From Flaccisagitta enflata (Eukaryota): DNA of 64,000 nucleotides. Location: assembly GCA_965153355.1 (NCBI GenBank), contig OZ231126.1, positions 13,268,001 to 13,332,000 of the forward strand. Reading direction: 5' to 3'. The number at the start of each line of letters is the position of its first letter. The first letter of the stretch is position 1. Below, piece by piece: positions 60,671 to 64,000 of the stretch. The translations under genes were made by a program, and so were the position numbers. The notes under the pieces were generated by a model. That model saw only the letters and a program-made list of their open reading frames with translations. It searched no databases and was not told the origin of the DNA.

Positions 60671-60732
<62 letters not shown>

Positions 60733-60733
60733 A
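60380..60733. repeat. (GTT)n/(GTGGTT)n microsatellite
   Basis: Directly visible. Confidence 0.95.
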
Positions 60734-61036
60734 GTGTTGTTATGGTCTTGGTTGTTATTATTTCTATTCTCGCCGTCCCCCTTCTACGCTTCCTGCGATT
60801 CCTTGGAGGAAGGAATTGAGTTTTAAAGCTGTCACATTGTTGATGTTTCAATCACGTTTCTCGTTTCTTCCTTGTCTATCACCGCCAACCTTATCTCTCT
60901 CTGTCTCTCTCTCTTTAACTTTCTTTCGTCCTTTACAACTTCGCTACTTCATTTACATGTCCACTTTCACCAGTTTAACCACTTCATTCTCTCTCATTTC
61001 TACAAACTTATGTTTGTGTTTTTATAGTATAATTTT

Positions 61037-61229
61037 TAGTCGCGTGCTACGCGACTCTACACCCCACTTTGTCCGTCAGTTGGTCTGTTGGTCTGTTGGT
61101 CACACTTTACTTTTTTTATATTTTTTGTTCTTTAACCGAACTACTCCTGCCCAAATGCTCTGATGACCTCAAATATGGTCCCTGCCCACCCGCACGCGAC
61201 TGGGGTAGCCGTGTATCCGGCCTTGTTTT
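61037..61229 (+). mobile_element. Family B HINE-like element
   Basis: tagtcgcgtgctacgcgactctaca ... cacgcgactggggtagccgtgtatccggccttgttt, a close paralog of 16136-16398. Confidence 0.8.
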
Positions 61230-61305
61230 CTAATAATCTCCTCCCTTCTTCTATCTCCCCCTGTGTGTCTGAATCAATGCCTGTCTGTTTTTCTGTCTCT
61301 GTCTC

Positions 61306-61409
<104 letters not shown>

Positions 61410-63073
61410 TCTCTCTCCTTCTCTTTGCTTGTCATTGGTGTTCTTGTCGGCTCCTCTTTCTTCGCTGCACCTTTGGACCAGATTGTGGACACACTCTGTC
61501 TCTGTCTCTGTCGCTGTCTCTCTCCATATCTACCCATGTCTCTGTCTCTGTCTCTTGGACCAGATTGCGGACACGTGAGTTTGCCAAAAGCGGGCAAAGC
61601 AGGAAAGCCCCTAATGGCCTTTTAAAGGCATTTCATGGAGGGGCAAGAAAGACAACAACGGGACAACGATTAGGACAAGGGAGAGAGAGAGGGAGGAGGA
61701 GGAGGAGGAGGAGGAGGAGGAGGAGAATGAGAAGGTGGGGTAGGAGGAAGAAGAGGTGGAGAAGCAGAAGAGGAGGAAGATCAAGACTAGACCCAATTGG
61801 ATGAGGACCAAATGGGAGAATGCATGCCTATGAATGCATTGGTAGTATTGCAGTATGAAATCACCCATCATTTAGAGGAGGGAGGTGGAGTTTGGAGGAG
61901 TTTGGAGGAGAAGGAGGAGGTCATTTGTGAGATCATGCCATTATTGGCAGTGTGAAATCATTGAATAGAAATCACCTCCTATTTCCTCATATGCAAGCAA
62001 AAGATTTTCATCATTACAATAATGTGTCATCCTAAAAGCATTTTCATCATAAAAACCATATTCATTGAGAAAAAAAAATTCCATCCAGAAAAAAATTTGT
62101 TTGTATAGAAAGATTTTAATCTTGAAAACAATTGCAAAACTGCTAAATTTCACTTATTCTAATAAAAAAGTTTATCATGACAATTTTTTTATCACAGAAA
62201 AAATGTTCATGATTAAAACCATTTCATTTAAATTTCTTTCAAACATTTTCAATCATTCATCTTAATAGTTATCATTTCCAACTATTTTTTATCATTTTCA
62301 AGCTTTCATCTTAATTGATATATTCATTATGAAGACATATTTATTATGAAAGATCTTTTCAATGTGGAAAAAATAGTTCCTATGAAAAAATGCGTTCTTA
62401 AAATGGTCAAAGAAAATTGTATAAAAAAATACAAAAAAAAATCATGTTACCATGATTGAATAGTACTTGGTGAGTAGAAGAGTATGGTCACCCTAACTTG
62501 ATATTTTCTGTGTAGCTGAGGACTAGGGGGGGTTGGGTCACCCTAACTTGAACTTTTGACTGCTGTTTATAGCCATCGGCGCTGAGGCGGTTTCAAACGA
62601 TAGATAAGAGCATTGTCGGTCAAACAAAATGACAACCCTTTTCCTTGCAGGGTGGTGCAAAGAAGTCCAATTGGTAGATAAATGTCATAAGTAACTGATC
62701 AAGGCAAAAAAATGTGTTTTGACTTTCAAACTGGTAATTTTTCTCACTTTTTAGGTCAACGGCCATATAACAAAAAATAACAAGAAAATAGTGTTGAGTT
62801 TTAGATTTGAAGCCTTTGTGAAAGTTTGTGTGCGTAGATGTTTCTCCAAAGCCCCTAATCAACTTGTACCACCATTGTGACCAAATTAGACAAGGAGGAA
62901 GCTAATCCTATGACCAGTTTTTGCTGCAGCTATGGCGCTAGTACCATATGTGCAGGCCTTTTTTTAGTGATTTTTTTGGCATAGCCAACCGGGCTCTCTC
63001 CTCATAATTTTACAGAGCCCGACGGAAAAACAGCGAGCCCGGCAAAAAAACAATGCTGGATAAAAGGCTACCT

Positions 63074-63183
63074 AAGTCGTGTGAGGGTGGGCAGGGGTAA
63101 TGACGGACGGACGCATGAACAGATTGACGGACAGATGGATCGACCGATGGACAGACAAAACGAGGTGTAGAGTCGCGTGCTCG
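63074..63183 (-). mobile_element. Degenerate family B element
   Basis: agtcgtgtgagggtgggcagggg...gacggacg...gtgtagagtcgcgtgc. Confidence 0.55.
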
Positions 63184-63558
63184 TCAAGCCTGGGATTTTC
63201 AGATTTTTTTTTTAGTAACATAGGAGAATTTTTCAAGGAAAAAGATGGAGATAAACAAGAAGAAAAAGAAAACAAAAAATAAGAAGAAGAAGGAGAAGAG
63301 GAAGAAGAAGAAGAAGATGAAGAAGAAGAAGAAGAAGAAGAAGAAGAAGAAGAAGAAGAAGAAGAACCTTGTCTATTGCGCATCTGCCTCGGTGACAGGT
63401 GCCCCTACGAGGCATAAAATAGTGGTGTTTAGTGCCTGCTTAAGCATTATTGGAATAAGAAGAAGAAGGAGAAGGATAAGAGGGAGAAGAAGAAGGAGAA
63501 GGAGATGAAGATGACAGAATAAAAGATTATGATGATGATCTGGAGGAATTCCAAGTTT

Positions 63559-63607
<49 letters not shown>

Positions 63608-63832
63608 TTGGATTAACGATGTCTCTAATTTCAGCCATGAGTACCAAATGCCACACCATAACTTTGAATCCCAGTCTTGAAGTTTAAATCCCAACCTTTT
63701 CACCCAAACATCATCTTTTTCCACAACCCCATGACAGATTGTGAACCGCAAGCTACAGCGGATAACAAGAGATCAAATAACTAATTATCCATGTTTTAGG
63801 CGGATTTCCATTTCTCTCATCAGAAAAAATAA

Positions 63833-64000
63833 CTGGTCGCCCAAGGACAATATGTGATCAGATATACCCGATGCCCTGCTTTGCATGGTTGTGAATCAGA
63901 ATGGGGGAAGCAGGGCAGCGGCGCCAAAGGGGACGGAGTCCAGTAGATCACAGGGGACTTCCATTCGTTTTTTCCATCCGTCCGCTCCCCAGGCCCTCTC
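63833..64000 (-). mobile_element. Family A element, tail end (runs off the window)
   Basis: Reverse-complement similarity to 1620-1757 (ggtcgcccaagg...gcagggcagcggcgccaaagggg). Confidence 0.7.

Overview
Eukaryotic, probably invertebrate metazoan, genomic DNA that is very rich in microsatellites and non-autonomous DNA transposons. The supplied ORF track is mostly repeat artefact. One gene is supported: the 5' part of a + strand T-box transcription factor of the Tbx20/H15/midline group. It has three predicted coding exons (40889-43082, 48394-48663, 49279-49426) that join in frame through GT-AG introns. They encode a very long low-complexity N-terminus with an eh1 motif and the start of the T-box ([26 protein letters not shown]). 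I found no further T-box exon before 64000. The most unusual feature is intron 2: its 3' splice site is amplified into a 53-bp tandem array with about 8 AG acceptors, and its 5' splice site is duplicated as a 29-bp unit. Only two donor/acceptor pairings keep the T-box frame open. The rest of the window holds Helentron-type (HINE/DINE-1-like) elements, Tc1/mariner-pogo, hAT-like and PIF-like MITEs with readable TIRs and TSDs, several multi-level nests, a satellite derived from a HINE terminus, and a recurrent octamer-containing motif. All coordinates were read by eye and no database searches were run.
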